Positions 26,112 through 36,856 of a stretch of DNA of 49,636 nt are shown here, in pieces. Position numbers and translations under genes: made by a program. Source of the DNA: Candidatus Moranbacteria bacterium RIFCSPLOWO2_12_FULL_48_12 (GTDB taxonomy: Bacteria > Patescibacteriota > Minisyncoccia > Moranbacterales > UBA1568); NCBI GenBank assembly GCA_001784735.1, contig MFSB01000023.1:1-49636 (forward strand), in the 5' to 3' direction. A model generated the notes under the pieces. That model was not told where the DNA came from. It did no database searches and saw only the letters and a list, made by a program, of their open reading frames with translations. Within the stretch, counting starts at the first letter, position 1; every line of letters begins with the position of its first letter.

Positions 26112-27302
26112 CTACTGCGCCTCTACCCATTTCCCGTCTGACTTGATCAGATTGATGAGCTCCCCCACCGCATCTTTCTCCGGCACATTGCGTTTGACCA
26201 ATTCCTTCTTGCGGTACAGACTGACTTGCCCGTGCGCCCCGCCCACGTAGCCATAGTCCGCATCCGCCATTTCTCCCAAACCATTGACGATACACCCCAT
26301 AATGGCAATATGCAGACCCTTCAGATGACCCATGCGCTCTTTGATAGTGTTCGTCACCGGCTCGATATCGAACAAGGTGCGCCCGCAAGAAGGACAGGAG
26401 ATGAATTCTGTCCGGGTAATGCGCCGATGCGTCGCCTGGAGAATTCCATAGCACGTTGGGATTTCTTTGGCCGGGTCCTCTGTGAGCGAAACACGTATCG
26501 TATCCCCGATGCCTTCCATAAGGAGCGTCCCGATGCCAAGCGTGGATTTCGCCCGGCCCTCTTCGCCGTTGCCCGCTTCCGTCACTCCCAGGTGGATCGG
26601 ATAATCCATCCCTTCCTTATCCATCGTCGCTATGAGCAAACGATTGGACTCGATCATCACCAATGGATTCGATGACTTCAAGGCTACCACGATATCATTG
26701 AAATCGTGTTTCTTAAAAATACGCAGATACTCCATCGTCGCCTCTACCATTCCCACTGGTGTATCGCCGAAGCGTGACAGTATCCGATCAGAAAGCGAGC
26801 CATGATTGGATCCGATACGCAATACTTTTCCTGATTGCTTCGCGGCTTCGATAAAAGGTAGGAGGCTCTCCTCGATTCGGGCTATTTCCACAGCGTAGCT
26901 CTGGTCATTGAATTCGAAATTGCGGAAAATTTTCCCATCAAAAAGATTGCCGGGGTTCAAGCGTACCTTGTCCGCCCATTTGAGAGCCTCAAAGGCCGCC
27001 GCTGGCAAAAAATGGATATCCGCAATAAGGGGAACAGTAATCCCATCTTTCAGGAGCGCCTCTCTGATCGGCCCCAAGGCCTGAGCATGTTTCGGCGTAG
27101 GAGTTGTGATACGGATGAGTTCACTCCCCGCCTTCACACAAGCCTTGATTTGCGCCACGGTAGCGGCGATATCGAGCGTATCCGTATTGGTCATCGTCTG
27201 CACCCGGATGGGGTTATCCCCTCCGATGCCGACACCTCCCACATCTACGACGCGCGTTTTTCTCCTAGGCAGCAATGCCGCAAAAGAATTTGTTAGCTTC
27301 AT
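26112..27302 (-). CDS. ispG: 4-hydroxy-3-methylbut-2-en-1-yl diphosphate synthase
   Basis: RRKTRVVDVGGVGIGGDNPIRVQTMTNTDT, RVSLTEDP, and [4Fe-4S] cysteines FISCPSCGRT ... IMGCIVNGLGE. Start at MKLTNSF (27302). Confidence 0.9.
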   Translation of the reverse strand: MKLTNSFAALLPRRKTRVVDVGGVGIGGDNPIRVQTMTNTDTLDIAATVAQIKACVKAGSELIRITTPTPKHAQALGPIREALLKDGITVPLIADIHFLPAAAFEALKWADKVRLNPGNLFDGKIFRNFEFNDQSYAVEIARIEESLLPFIEAAKQSGKVLRIGSNHGSLSDRILSRFGDTPVGMVEATMEYLRIFKKHDFNDIVVALKSSNPLVMIESNRLLIATMDKEGMDYPIHLGVTEAGNGEEGRAKSTLGIGTLLMEGIGDTIRVSLTEDPAKEIPTCYGILQATHRRITRTEFISCPSCGRTLFDIEPVTNTIKERMGHLKGLHIAIMGCIVNGLGEMADADYGYVGGAHGQVSLYRKKELVKRNVPEKDAVGELINLIKSDGKWVEAQ

Positions 27303-27363
27303 AGAAAATAAGTAAATAACAAAAATGCTTTTTCTTACCGTAGACAAACAGTATACCGAGCAA

Positions 27364-29811
27364 TTAGAGTAAAGTAAACGCCGCGACGGCGTCGCCGGGC
27401 TGGGGTTTCATGACGCGCACGCCCTGCGTCACGCGGCCGAGGAGCGGCACGCTCTTGAACGGCACGCGGATGATGGTGCCTTTCTCGGAAGTCAGGATGA
27501 GATCGTCTTCGATGACCGCCAGGCTGGTGATCGCCGCACCAACCAATTTGCCGGTTTTGGCCGTCACTTTCATGGTCTTGATGCCGGATCCGCCGCGCTT
27601 CTGGACCTTGTAGGATTTCAGTTCACTGCGTTTGCCATAGCCGTTCTGGGAAAGAATGAGCAGTTCCAATCCTTTGGCGCCCTTGGGAACGACATCCATC
27701 CCGACGATCTTGTCCTTGCCCTTTAGTTTCATACCGCGCACACCTGAGGCGTTCCGCCCCATCGGACGGACATCGGTTTCGCGGAAGCGGATGGCTTGCC
27801 CGTCAGAAGTCGTGAGCACCGCGTCATCATCTCCCGTCGTCGGACGCACCCAGCCGAGCGTGTCGCCCTTGTCGAGGCCGATAGCGATCAGCCCGCTCCG
27901 CCGCACGTTTTCGAAATCCTCCAGCTTGCTTTTCTTGATCGTACCGTTCTCAGTCGCCATAAAAAGATATTTGAACGCATCGTTATTGGAAAAAGCGATC
28001 ATGGCGGTGATTTTTTCCTCCTGTGCCACCTGCAAGAAATTCACGATGGCCTGCCCCTTGGAAGTGCGCGAGGATTCCGGAATCTCGTAGGCTTTGGTCT
28101 GAAATACCTTGCCGGTATTGGTGAAGAACATCAGGTTGTCATGCGTTTCGATCGAAAGCACTTGGGCGATGCGATCTTCCTCTTTGGTAGTCGCCCCGAT
28201 CACGCCTTTGCCGCCGCGCTTCTGCACCCGATACACGCTCGGATTCATGCGCTTGATATAGCCGTCTTCGGTCAGCGTGATGATCGCCTCATCATTGGGG
28301 ATGAGATCTTCTTGCTTGAATTCCGTCACACCGGTTTTCACCACTTTGGTTCTGCGTTCATCGCCATATTTCTCTTTTACTAGGGTGAGCTCGCTCCTCA
28401 CCAATGCGAGAATTTTCTTGCGGTGCTTCAAGAGATCTCCCAAATACGCGATCAGTTTCATTTTCTCTGCCAACTCGTCTTCGATCTTCTGGCGCTCCAA
28501 TCCGGCCAGCGTCTGCAGGCGCATTTCCAAAATGGCCGTCGTCTGCAAATCGGAGAGCTTGAACTTTTTCATCAGGTTCGCATGGGCCTCTTCTTTGGTC
28601 GGCGATTTTTTGATTGCGTCGATAATGGCATCGATGTGATCGAGAGCTCTTTTCAGGCCTTCCAAGATATGAGCGCGATCCTTGGTCTTCTCTAGATCGT
28701 GCTCCGTCCGGCGCACCACCACTTTCTCGCGATGCTTGATGTAATGCTCGAGGATGGCTTTGAGAGTGAGGATCTGCGGATCCACGCCATCCACCAGCGC
28801 CAGCATATTGACATTGAAATTCTTCTGCAAATCCGTCATCTGATACAGCGTGTTCAAGACTTTCTGCGGGAAGGCCTCTTTCTTGAGATCCACCACGATG
28901 CGCACGCCTTGCCGATCGGACTCATCGCGCAAGTCTTTGATTCCAGAAAGCTTATCCTCCTTCACCAATTCGGCGATCTTCATAATGAGCGATGATTTGT
29001 TCGTCGCGTACGTCATCTCGGTGATGATGATCTGGAATTGCCCGGCTTTACTTTCCACGATCTCCGCTTTGGCGCGCGCCATGATCGGGCCTTTGCCGGT
29101 AGCGTAGGCCTCGCGGATATCTCTCGCGTTGTAAATAGTCCCGCCCGTCGGAAAATCCGGCCCCTTGATGAACTGCATCAGATCATCCACATTGGCGTCG
29201 GGGAATTCGATCAGATGGCAGATGCCGTCCACCAATTCACTCAAATTATGAGGCGGGATATTGGTGGCCATACCGACCGCGATGCCAACGGTGCCGTTCA
29301 AGAGGAGCTGCGGGAGCTTGGCCGGCAGGACGAGCGGCTCTTCGTGCATTCCGTCAAAGTTGGGAACGAAATCCACCGTGTCTTTATCGATATCGAGAAG
29401 CATTTCTTCGGCGATCGGCGCCAGTTTGGCCTCGGTATAGCGGTAAGCGGCGGCGCTGTCGCCATCCATGGAGCCGAAGTTTCCCTGCCCCCACACCAAG
29501 GGATAGCGCAGAGAAAAGTCCTGGGCCAAACGCACCATCGTATCATAGACAGCGGTGTCGCCGTGCGGATGATATTTTCCCAAGACTTCGCCGACGACGG
29601 TAGCCGATTTGCGGAATTTGGCCGAGGCGCGCAGCCCCGTTGACCACATCGAATACAAGATGCGGCGGTGCACCGGTTTCAGCCCATCGCGTACGTCCGG
29701 CAAGGCCCGCGCCACAATGACGCTCATCGCATAATCGAGATAGGATTGCCGCACCTCGTCCGTGATAGAGCGCGCTTCGATTTTCCCGTCATGAAAGGCT
29801 TTTTCTTCCAT
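27364..29811 (-). CDS. gyrA: DNA gyrase subunit A
   Basis: [53 protein letters not shown] (catalytic Tyr) and C-terminal beta-pinwheel repeats. Confidence 0.97.
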   Translation of the reverse strand: MEEKAFHDGKIEARSITDEVRQSYLDYAMSVIVARALPDVRDGLKPVHRRILYSMWSTGLRASAKFRKSATVVGEVLGKYHPHGDTAVYDTMVRLAQDFSLRYPLVWGQGNFGSMDGDSAAAYRYTEAKLAPIAEEMLLDIDKDTVDFVPNFDGMHEEPLVLPAKLPQLLLNGTVGIAVGMATNIPPHNLSELVDGICHLIEFPDANVDDLMQFIKGPDFPTGGTIYNARDIREAYATGKGPIMARAKAEIVESKAGQFQIIITEMTYATNKSSLIMKIAELVKEDKLSGIKDLRDESDRQGVRIVVDLKKEAFPQKVLNTLYQMTDLQKNFNVNMLALVDGVDPQILTLKAILEHYIKHREKVVVRRTEHDLEKTKDRAHILEGLKRALDHIDAIIDAIKKSPTKEEAHANLMKKFKLSDLQTTAILEMRLQTLAGLERQKIEDELAEKMKLIAYLGDLLKHRKKILALVRSELTLVKEKYGDERRTKVVKTGVTEFKQEDLIPNDEAIITLTEDGYIKRMNPSVYRVQKRGGKGVIGATTKEEDRIAQVLSIETHDNLMFFTNTGKVFQTKAYEIPESSRTSKGQAIVNFLQVAQEEKITAMIAFSNNDAFKYLFMATENGTIKKSKLEDFENVRRSGLIAIGLDKGDTLGWVRPTTGDDDAVLTTSDGQAIRFRETDVRPMGRNASGVRGMKLKGKDKIVGMDVVPKGAKGLELLILSQNGYGKRSELKSYKVQKRGGSGIKTMKVTAKTGKLVGAAITSLAVIEDDLILTSEKGTIIRVPFKSVPLLGRVTQGVRVMKPQPGDAVAAFTLL

Positions 29812-29819
29812 ATGATTTG

Positions 29820-30179
29820 TTAGGGAGTTGATTGCTCGTTTGGGATACCTTCGCCAGCATCTTGTGTTCCGGATTGAAATTGTTCATTGAAATATTCTTG
29901 ACCCGTCTTCTCTGCCTGCCCATCCACCCCGAGAGGTTTTGCCTGTTCCAAGAGACCGCTAAGCGACGGTACCCCTTCTTTCGGCAACAGCTCTTTGCCT
30001 TTGAGAGCGGCGGTCGGCACATCTTGCTTGATATTCTGAAAACTCTCCGCCAGTGACAGGAACCAAATACCGAGAATAAATGCCATAGAAACGAAGAGCG
30101 AGCCGAGTACATAGCGCATCCGGATATGTTCCGGCTGCTCTCTCACCCACTCTATTTTCTCCCACAATCCTCGCGCCAT
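29820..30179 (-). CDS. small hypothetical membrane protein
   Basis: 119-aa ORF directly upstream of and co-directional with gyrA. One TM segment ([21 protein letters not shown]). No motif. Confidence 0.45.
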   Translation of the reverse strand: MARGLWEKIEWVREQPEHIRMRYVLGSLFVSMAFILGIWFLSLAESFQNIKQDVPTAALKGKELLPKEGVPSLSGLLEQAKPLGVDGQAEKTGQEYFNEQFQSGTQDAGEGIPNEQSTP

Positions 30180-30232
30180 AGCTTGTAAGCAGTCTTAAGT
30201 ACTCTAGAAAAGGGAAAATAAATGAACCTTTG

Positions 30233-30320
30233 TTGTCATCCTGAACGCAGTGAAGGATCTCGAAAGGAAAGTATTGTACCTTTTATAAAACGGGATTCTT
30301 CGCTTTGCTCAGAATGACAA
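30233..30320. repeat. inverted pair of TTGTCATYCYGARCG...GARGAWYC units
   Basis: TTGTCATCCTGAACGCAGTGAAGGATCTC (30233-30261) and its inverted partner GGGATTCTTCGCTTTGCTCAGAATGACAA (30292-30320). Confidence 0.75.
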
Positions 30321-30343
30321 TAGACTCTGTTTGAAATAGACTG

Positions 30344-31003
30344 TCAAACACCCCTCTCTAACAAAACCACCTCCATCGGCTTGCCTTCCAGATCTTTCTT
30401 TTTGATATTCAATTTAGGAAGCGCCTCTCTCGGGCAATTTCCCATCGCATTGCAGAACGCCTTCTCTGTTTCCAACGGCAGCGTCAGCCCGTCAATCTTG
30501 TAGTGCATCGGAATGACGATACCCGGCTCGATCTTGCGCACCAGTTCCGCGGCCACCTTGGCAGAAAGCGTGTCTGCCCCGCCCACCGGGATGAATAATA
30601 TATCCACGCCATTCAGTTTTTCCAAGAGCTCCGGCGTGACATCATGCCCCAGCGCTCCCAGATAACAGACATGGATATCCTCGCTCTCAAAAGTAAAAAC
30701 GGTATTTTGCCCCCGCTCTTTGCCTCCCTCGGTGTCCCGATACGCCGGAAATCCCATCGCGGAAACACCCTTGGCAGCATATTCTCCGGGGGCATCAAAA
30801 ATAATCACTTCTTCTTTGAGCGCGCTTTGTACGTCTTCCTTTTTTTCATGCGACAAGAACACGAGATCTACCTGGCTCTGCGGAGAACGCAATCCGGCTC
30901 CTTTCTGCAAAGGATCGGTCCAGATGATGATATCTTCCGTCGCCCGCCCCGCCGGCTTGGTGCTTATCTTGAAGCAAAAATCACCGTAGTATTGGATGTT
31001 CAT
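30344..31003 (-). CDS. MBL-fold metal-dependent hydrolase (UPF0173-like)
   Basis: MNIQYYGDFCFKI..., LVFLSHEKKED, DILFIPVGG and IVIPMHYK. Confidence 0.75.
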   Translation of the reverse strand: MNIQYYGDFCFKISTKPAGRATEDIIIWTDPLQKGAGLRSPQSQVDLVFLSHEKKEDVQSALKEEVIIFDAPGEYAAKGVSAMGFPAYRDTEGGKERGQNTVFTFESEDIHVCYLGALGHDVTPELLEKLNGVDILFIPVGGADTLSAKVAAELVRKIEPGIVIPMHYKIDGLTLPLETEKAFCNAMGNCPREALPKLNIKKKDLEGKPMEVVLLERGV

Positions 31004-31190
31004 AGAAGGCTAAAAATACAAAAAGTCTCTCTTTTCATCAAGCAGACCTATCTCATTCTAGCACTCTTTTCTCCCTCCGTCTAGACAAAAAATCAGTATC
31101 TCTTTGTAATTCTAACCACTGCTATAATCAGTTTGCCTACTCTATAAAGTGGGTGTAGTATTAAGTCATTAAATAATAACTTATAAAATT

Positions 31191-31715
31191 ATGGAATTTG
31201 AAGACGGGTCGGGCAGAAGGAAACCTGCCTCTGCAGAAGAAAAGGCCCAGGATGCGAGTACAGATAGATTTGAGAAACGCATGGAAAACGACCCCGCTAA
31301 AATTCAAGCCCATGCCACCTTTGAGAAGTGCCTGAGAACCATACTAAAAGAAAGAGAGATTCCCATGTCTGATGCAGATATCTCAAAAGTAATGGGTATC
31401 AGAAGCGGTGCAGCGACAGGAGTCAAAACCTATATAGAGGGTAAGCTGGCCATTGAAGACATGAGGCGCTTGGATACTATAGATAATACTGTCGATTACC
31501 GAATGAACAACGGTATTAGAGAAATTGTACTACCCTTAACAGGAGCTGACGGAACTCATAAGGCGCGCTTGGGGCTGGGAGCGTTGGGGGAAGAATTTCT
31601 TCGTCGCTTTCCGTTAGATTTACTTGAACCCGCCATAAAAGAAGCCCAGGAAATGGCAGACAAAGAACTGGATCCAGAGCGGCTTGAGGCAACTAGAATA
31701 ATTGACAATCTTTAG
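31191..31715 (+). CDS. hypothetical protein
   Basis: 174-aa ORF with no overlapping competitor and no recognisable motif. Confidence 0.45.
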   Translation: MEFEDGSGRRKPASAEEKAQDASTDRFEKRMENDPAKIQAHATFEKCLRTILKEREIPMSDADISKVMGIRSGAATGVKTYIEGKLAIEDMRRLDTIDNTVDYRMNNGIREIVLPLTGADGTHKARLGLGALGEEFLRRFPLDLLEPAIKEAQEMADKELDPERLEATRIIDNL

Positions 31716-31779
31716 TCGAAACTAGCTTCAAAGATACAAACTTCTCTTTGCCACGTCGCTCGCGAGCGACGGTGACTTG

Positions 31780-31890
31780 CCCCAGTTACATGTTTTAGAA
31801 ACATTGTAACTCTATGGAAAGACGTAAGACGTAGTCGCCTATCGGCTTTCACTTACCATTAACAAAGGTATTCCTAAACATGTAACGGGG
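31780..31890 (+). repeat. CCCCGTTA-family hairpin element, copy F (with conserved apical core)
   Basis: Arms CCCCAGTTACATGTTT / AAACATGTAACGGGG with a one-nt bulge. Central core GTAAGACGTAGTCGCCTATCGGCTTT (31824-31849). Flanked by CTTG on both sides. Confidence 0.85.
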
Positions 31891-31891
31891 C

Positions 31892-31920
31892 TTGCCAAAA
31901 ATGAAAAGTCCGGCTATACT
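31892..31920 (+). promoter_or_regulatory. sigma70-type promoter candidate for rpsA
   Basis: TTGCCA, 17-nt spacer, TATACT. The -35 box starts 2 nt after the last G of hairpin F. Confidence 0.55.
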
Positions 31921-32098
31921 GGGTTTTGAGGTAATTGGATAACACAACTGAATACGGGATGCTGTAATCCTATTTAGACCCTGTTCTCCAAACACTCTCG
32001 TTTATTGTCAGTGTTTTTTTGTTTTAGAGAAGGCCCCCCTATCGCTCAATAATTCATTAATCGCGAGAGAGCGGCTCGCACACCCAAACCACATATAT

Positions 32099-33331
32099 AT
32101 GATTAAAGCCCCGCTGACCAAAGAAAAAGAAGTTATTGCCAATCCGACGCCGATGGACGAGCTCCTCGCCAAGCACGTCGTGGAAGTGCCTGAAGTAGGC
32201 GACGTCATCCACGGCACCGTCATCCACGTGGCTTCTAGTTCCGCCTTGATCGACCTGGGGCCGCTGGGCACCGGTATCGTCCTCGGCAAAGAGATGCGCG
32301 ATGGCCTCGGGCCAGAAGGCAAGCTGAAAGTCGGCACCGCCATCACCGCCACTCTCATGGACTATGAGAACGAGGATGGCTACATCGAGCTTTCTATCCG
32401 CGAGGCCTCCTACGAGAAGTCCTGGGATGACATCGAGCACAAGCTCACCAATCGCGAAGTGGTGACAACCAAGGTCGTCGAGGCCAACAAAGGCGGACTG
32501 ATGATCGAGGTCAACGGCATTATGGGCTTTCTCCCGGTTTCTCAGCTCTCGAGCGAACACTACCCGCGCGTCGAGGACGGCGACAAAAATAAGATCCTCG
32601 ACCTCTTGAAGAAACTCATCGGGGCTGAAGTCCACGTGCGCATCCTCGATGCCGATCGCGAGAATGAAAAACTCATCGTCAGCGAAAAAGCCGCCCAGAG
32701 CGAAAAAGAGCGCGAGATCATCAACCTGCTCCGGGTCGGCGAGGTGGTCGAGGGCGTTGTCAGCGGCGTTGTCGATTTCGGTGCTTTCGTGAAATTCGCT
32801 CAGCCGGCCAAAGAAGGCGAAAAGAAGCCGGCTGAGAAGCTGGAGGGGCTGGTGCATATTTCCGAACTGGCCTGGCAGCTCATCGATGATCCGCGAGAGG
32901 TGATCAAAACGGGCGACAGAGTAGAGGCCAAGATCATCGGCATCGAAGACACCCGCATCTCGCTCTCGATGAAAGCCCTCAAGGAAGATCCGTGGAACAC
33001 TGTCTTGGAAAAATACAAGGTGAACGACATCGTGCCAGGCAAGGTGGACAAGATCAACCACTTCGGCGCCTTCGTCTACCTGAACAAAGACATCCACGGC
33101 CTGGCTCACGTCAGCGAATTCCAAGAAGTCTACCCGGGCAAGAAGATCGAGGAAATCTTCAAGGAAGGCGAGACCTACTCCTGGAAAATCCTCTCCATCG
33201 AACCTAAGAGCCACCGGATGGGGCTCCTCCCAATCAAAGAAGGCGCGGCCAAAGAAGTCAAAGAAAAAAAGGCCGCGAAAGAAGAAGCCAAAGAAGAGGA
33301 AACGAATGAGGCAAAAGAAGACAAGGCTTAA
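32099..33331 (+). CDS. rpsA: 30S ribosomal protein S1 (four S1 domains)
   Basis: Repeated S1 motifs (GDVIHGTVIHV.., GGLMIEVNGIMGFLPVSQL, GEVVEGVVSGVVDFGAFVKF, GKVDKINHFGAFVYL...GLAHVSEF) and a Lys/Glu-rich tail. Confidence 0.9.
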   Translation: MIKAPLTKEKEVIANPTPMDELLAKHVVEVPEVGDVIHGTVIHVASSSALIDLGPLGTGIVLGKEMRDGLGPEGKLKVGTAITATLMDYENEDGYIELSIREASYEKSWDDIEHKLTNREVVTTKVVEANKGGLMIEVNGIMGFLPVSQLSSEHYPRVEDGDKNKILDLLKKLIGAEVHVRILDADRENEKLIVSEKAAQSEKEREIINLLRVGEVVEGVVSGVVDFGAFVKFAQPAKEGEKKPAEKLEGLVHISELAWQLIDDPREVIKTGDRVEAKIIGIEDTRISLSMKALKEDPWNTVLEKYKVNDIVPGKVDKINHFGAFVYLNKDIHGLAHVSEFQEVYPGKKIEEIFKEGETYSWKILSIEPKSHRMGLLPIKEGAAKEVKEKKAAKEEAKEEETNEAKEDKA

Positions 33332-33392
33332 TGCTTATAAAAACAGCCTGCTCACACAGGATGTTTTTGCCGGAAACTCTCAAACAAAAAGT

Positions 33393-33974
33393 ATGAAAAA
33401 TCTGTTCATCATTTCTGGCCCCTCTGGCGCCGGCGAAGACTCCATCATCGATGGCCTCGCAAAACTCCTGCCGATAGAAAAAGATATTGCGAATACGACG
33501 CGCCCCATCCGCCCCGGCGAAAGCAACGGCCATCCGTATTACTTCATTTCCCCAGAAGAATTCCGGCAAAAAATCAATCGAGGAGAAATGATCGAATACG
33601 CAAAAGCGTATAACGGCAACTTCTATGGCGTTACCAAAGAGGAATTAAAGCGAATCACTGCTCCCGGAAAAATCGGCATCTGGAAAATAGAATATAAGGG
33701 CGTGATGACAGCCAAACGGCTTTTCCCAAATATTATTGCGATACTCATCACTGCCCCCTTGGAAATTCTTGAGGAGCGTATCAGAAAGCGGGATAACCCC
33801 ACCGAAGCATTCCTCCAGGAACGCCTCGCCTATACTAAAGAATGGCTCAAACACAGCGATATTTATGATTACATCGTTGAAAACGAAGAAGGCAAACTCG
33901 ATGAGGCGATCCAAAAAGTCTTCGCCATTATCAAAGAGCACACCCGCCCGCAACGATTTGCGAGCGAGGCGTAG
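33393..33974 (+). CDS. gmk: guanylate kinase
   Basis: LFIISGPSGAGEDSII (P-loop), TTRPIRPGESNGHPYYFIS and EYAKAYNGNFYGV. Start at MKNLFII (33393). Confidence 0.9.
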   Translation: MKNLFIISGPSGAGEDSIIDGLAKLLPIEKDIANTTRPIRPGESNGHPYYFISPEEFRQKINRGEMIEYAKAYNGNFYGVTKEELKRITAPGKIGIWKIEYKGVMTAKRLFPNIIAILITAPLEILEERIRKRDNPTEAFLQERLAYTKEWLKHSDIYDYIVENEEGKLDEAIQKVFAIIKEHTRPQRFASEA

Positions 33975-34020
33975 CGATTCGGGCAGGCTGCCATCGCGTG
34001 CAGCTCCGCTCTCTCCTTTT

Positions 34021-34980
34021 GTGCGCCGTTTCATCAAACGCGTCCAGAACACAGTCAAGAAATTCGAGCTGTGGCAGAGAGGCGACGCTTTCATCGTTGG
34101 CGTTTCTGGCGGACCGGACAGCTTGTGTATGCTCGATGTCCTGGCCACGCTCCAAAAAAAATATGCTTTCACACTCTACATCGCTCACGTGAATTATCAT
34201 CTGCGCGGCCGGGCTTCCGATCGCGATGAGATGCTCGTCAGAAAAATGGCGGCGCGCTATCGTCTCCCTCTCTCCGTCCTCTCTCAAAAGAAAAAGCTGA
34301 AAACCGCTTCCGAAGAAACGCTCCGCAACATCCGCTACGCCTTTTTCGAAACTCTCCGTAAAAAATACGGCGCCCAGCGCATCGCCGTCGCTCACAATGA
34401 AGACGACCAGGCAGAAACGTTTCTCCTGCGGCTCTTGCGCGGCGCCGGTCTCTTTGGACTTTCCGCGATGCGACCCAAGAATAATTTTGTCATCCGCCCC
34501 CTCCTTGAAATGAGCCGCACAGATATCCTCCGCTATCTGAAGGAGCGCTCAATCCCCTTTCGAGAAGATGCTAGCAATGCTGATCCGCGCTATTTCCGCA
34601 ACCGCATCCGCCACGAACTCATCCCTTTTCTCGAAAAGAATTTCCAGCCACAAACGCGCAAACTTCTTGCCGCAACGGCGCTCCTCCTCGGCGCTGACTA
34701 CGCCAGCCTGAAGAATGCTTCATCGCCACTTCCTATAAAATCCGGCTTCGAAGGTATAGAGTTTTCTCGATCCGCGTCCCTAGAGCTTCCGGAGGCGCAT
34801 CTCCGCCATGAACTGCGCGCTCTTCTCCGGCCATTCCTGGCGGGAAAAAATCCGACCAAGAACATCATCTACGAGCTGATAAAATCCTTCAAAAGCGCCA
34901 AAAATAAAACTCTCACCGTAACATTCAGCGGGTTGAAATTTGTTATGAAAGGTGATACAGTGACCCTGCTCTATAAGTAA
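34021..34980 (+). CDS. tilS: tRNA(Ile)-lysidine synthetase
   Basis: PP-loop FIVGVSGGPDSLCMLDVL, then AHVNYHLRG and AHNEDDQAETFLLRLLRG. No ATG lies between the gmk stop and the PP-loop. An in-frame GTG at 34021 is proposed. The alternative ATG at 33901 would overlap gmk. Confidence 0.8.
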   Translation: MRRFIKRVQNTVKKFELWQRGDAFIVGVSGGPDSLCMLDVLATLQKKYAFTLYIAHVNYHLRGRASDRDEMLVRKMAARYRLPLSVLSQKKKLKTASEETLRNIRYAFFETLRKKYGAQRIAVAHNEDDQAETFLLRLLRGAGLFGLSAMRPKNNFVIRPLLEMSRTDILRYLKERSIPFREDASNADPRYFRNRIRHELIPFLEKNFQPQTRKLLAATALLLGADYASLKNASSPLPIKSGFEGIEFSRSASLELPEAHLRHELRALLRPFLAGKNPTKNIIYELIKSFKSAKNKTLTVTFSGLKFVMKGDTVTLLYK

Positions 34981-35007
34981 GATTCTAATCCCATCTCTCC
35001 AATATCT

Positions 35008-36846
35008 ATGGAAAAAATCCTCAAAAATCTCTCCACGCTCATCCTCCTCTTCCTGCTCGTGTCCGGCATCATCATTCTCTATCAATCACCGGGCAAAAAA
35101 GTGGCTCCGGTGTCTTTGAGCGAGCTGGTGGCTGAAATCAACCAAGATCAGGTAAAGACCATCACCGTCGAGAGCAATGTCTTGAACATCGAACTGCAAG
35201 ACGGTAACAAGCAGAAAGCCAGCAAGGAGTCTGAAAGCTCTCTCTCTGAAACGCTCACCAACTACGGCATCGACACAGAAAAACTGAAGGGTGTTTCTAT
35301 CACTGTTAAAGAAGCTTCCGGCTGGAGCTTCTGGCTAGCGACCGTCCTCCCCTTCTTGCTCCCCTTCATCCTGATTTCCGCCTTCATCTGGTTCATGATG
35401 CGGCAAGCCCAGCGCGGCAATGCCCAGGCGCTTTCTTTTGGCACGAGCCGCGCGCGGATGCTTGACCCCAAGGATAAAAAGAAGCGTACCACCTTCGCCG
35501 ATATCGCCGGAGCGGAAGAAACCAAAACGGAGCTCGAAGAAGTAGTCGACTTTTTGAAACACCCGAAAAAATTCCTCAGTATGGGCGCCAAGATCCCCAA
35601 AGGCGTGCTTCTCCTCGGACCTCCGGGAACCGGCAAGACGCTCATGGCCAAAGCCGTCGCCGGCGAGGCGGGAGTGCCCTTCTTTAATATTAGCGGCAGT
35701 GAATTCGTCGAGATGTTTGTCGGTGTCGGCGCCAGCCGCGTGCGCGACCTGTTTAAACAAGCTAAAAAGAATGCCCCGGCCATCGTCTTCATCGATGAGA
35801 TCGACGCCGTGGGCCGCCACCGCGGGGCAGGTTTGGGCGGCGGGCATGATGAGCGCGAACAGACGCTCAATCAGATCTTAGTCGAGATGGACGGCTTCGA
35901 AACCGACACATCCGTCATCGTCATTGCCGCTACCAACCGCCCCGATGTGCTCGACCCGGCTCTCTTGCGGCCGGGCCGCTTTGATCGGCGCGTCACGATG
36001 GATTTGCCGGATATCAACGAGCGCGACCAGATTCTCGTCATCCACACCAAAAACAAGCCTCTCGAAGCGGATGTGAAGCTGCGCGTGATCGCTGAACGCA
36101 CTCCGGGATTTTCCGGCGCTGATCTGGCCAACCTCTTGAATGAGGCCGCCATCCTCGCCACCCGCCGCAACAAGAAAACGATCGGCATGCCGGAACTGAC
36201 CGAATCCATCGAAAAGGTCATGCTCGGCCCCGAACGCAAGAGCCGCGTCATCAACAAGAAAGAAAAAGAGATCATCGCCTACCATGAAGGCGGCCACGCG
36301 CTGGTCGGTGCCAGCCTTCTTCACGCCGATCCGGTTCAGAAAGTTTCCATCATTTCCCGCGGCCATGCCGGCGGCTACACGCTCTCTGTCCCGACAGAAG
36401 ACAAGGGTCTCCACTCGCACGATTATTTCCTCGATGAGCTGGCGATGTTTCTCGGCGGCTACGCCAGCGAAAAGCTCGTTTTCGGCGATATCACTACCGG
36501 GCCATCGAGCGATCTGGAGCGCGCTACCAATATGGCGAGAAATATGGTCATGCGCTACGGCATGAGCCGCCTCGGCGCCAGAACTTTCGGCAAAAAAGAC
36601 GAACCGGTTTTCCTCGGGCGCGAGATGCACGAGGAACGCAATTACTCGGAAAAAACGGCTCAGGACATCGACATCGAAGTTTCCCACCTGATTGATCACG
36701 CTTTCAAGCGAGCCACGGAAATCCTCACCGAGAAACGAGCCATACTCGAAGTCCTGGCCAAGACGCTCCTGGAAAAAGAAACTCTCGAAAAAGATGAGTT
36801 TGACGCCATTGTGGGAATAGTGACGCGCACAGAAGTTCCGGTCTAA
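35008..36846 (+). CDS. ftsH: ATP-dependent zinc metalloprotease FtsH
   Basis: [40 protein letters not shown], and HEGGHAL (zinc motif HExxH). Confidence 0.97.
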   Translation: MEKILKNLSTLILLFLLVSGIIILYQSPGKKVAPVSLSELVAEINQDQVKTITVESNVLNIELQDGNKQKASKESESSLSETLTNYGIDTEKLKGVSITVKEASGWSFWLATVLPFLLPFILISAFIWFMMRQAQRGNAQALSFGTSRARMLDPKDKKKRTTFADIAGAEETKTELEEVVDFLKHPKKFLSMGAKIPKGVLLLGPPGTGKTLMAKAVAGEAGVPFFNISGSEFVEMFVGVGASRVRDLFKQAKKNAPAIVFIDEIDAVGRHRGAGLGGGHDEREQTLNQILVEMDGFETDTSVIVIAATNRPDVLDPALLRPGRFDRRVTMDLPDINERDQILVIHTKNKPLEADVKLRVIAERTPGFSGADLANLLNEAAILATRRNKKTIGMPELTESIEKVMLGPERKSRVINKKEKEIIAYHEGGHALVGASLLHADPVQKVSIISRGHAGGYTLSVPTEDKGLHSHDYFLDELAMFLGGYASEKLVFGDITTGPSSDLERATNMARNMVMRYGMSRLGARTFGKKDEPVFLGREMHEERNYSEKTAQDIDIEVSHLIDHAFKRATEILTEKRAILEVLAKTLLEKETLEKDEFDAIVGIVTRTEVPV

Positions 36847-36856
36847 TCCTTCCCTT

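Noticed and set aside
32057-33214. 385-aa minus-strand ORF.
   Set aside because: It is fully antisense to rpsA, whose four S1 domains are unambiguous. It is a shadow ORF with an acidic, low-complexity translation.
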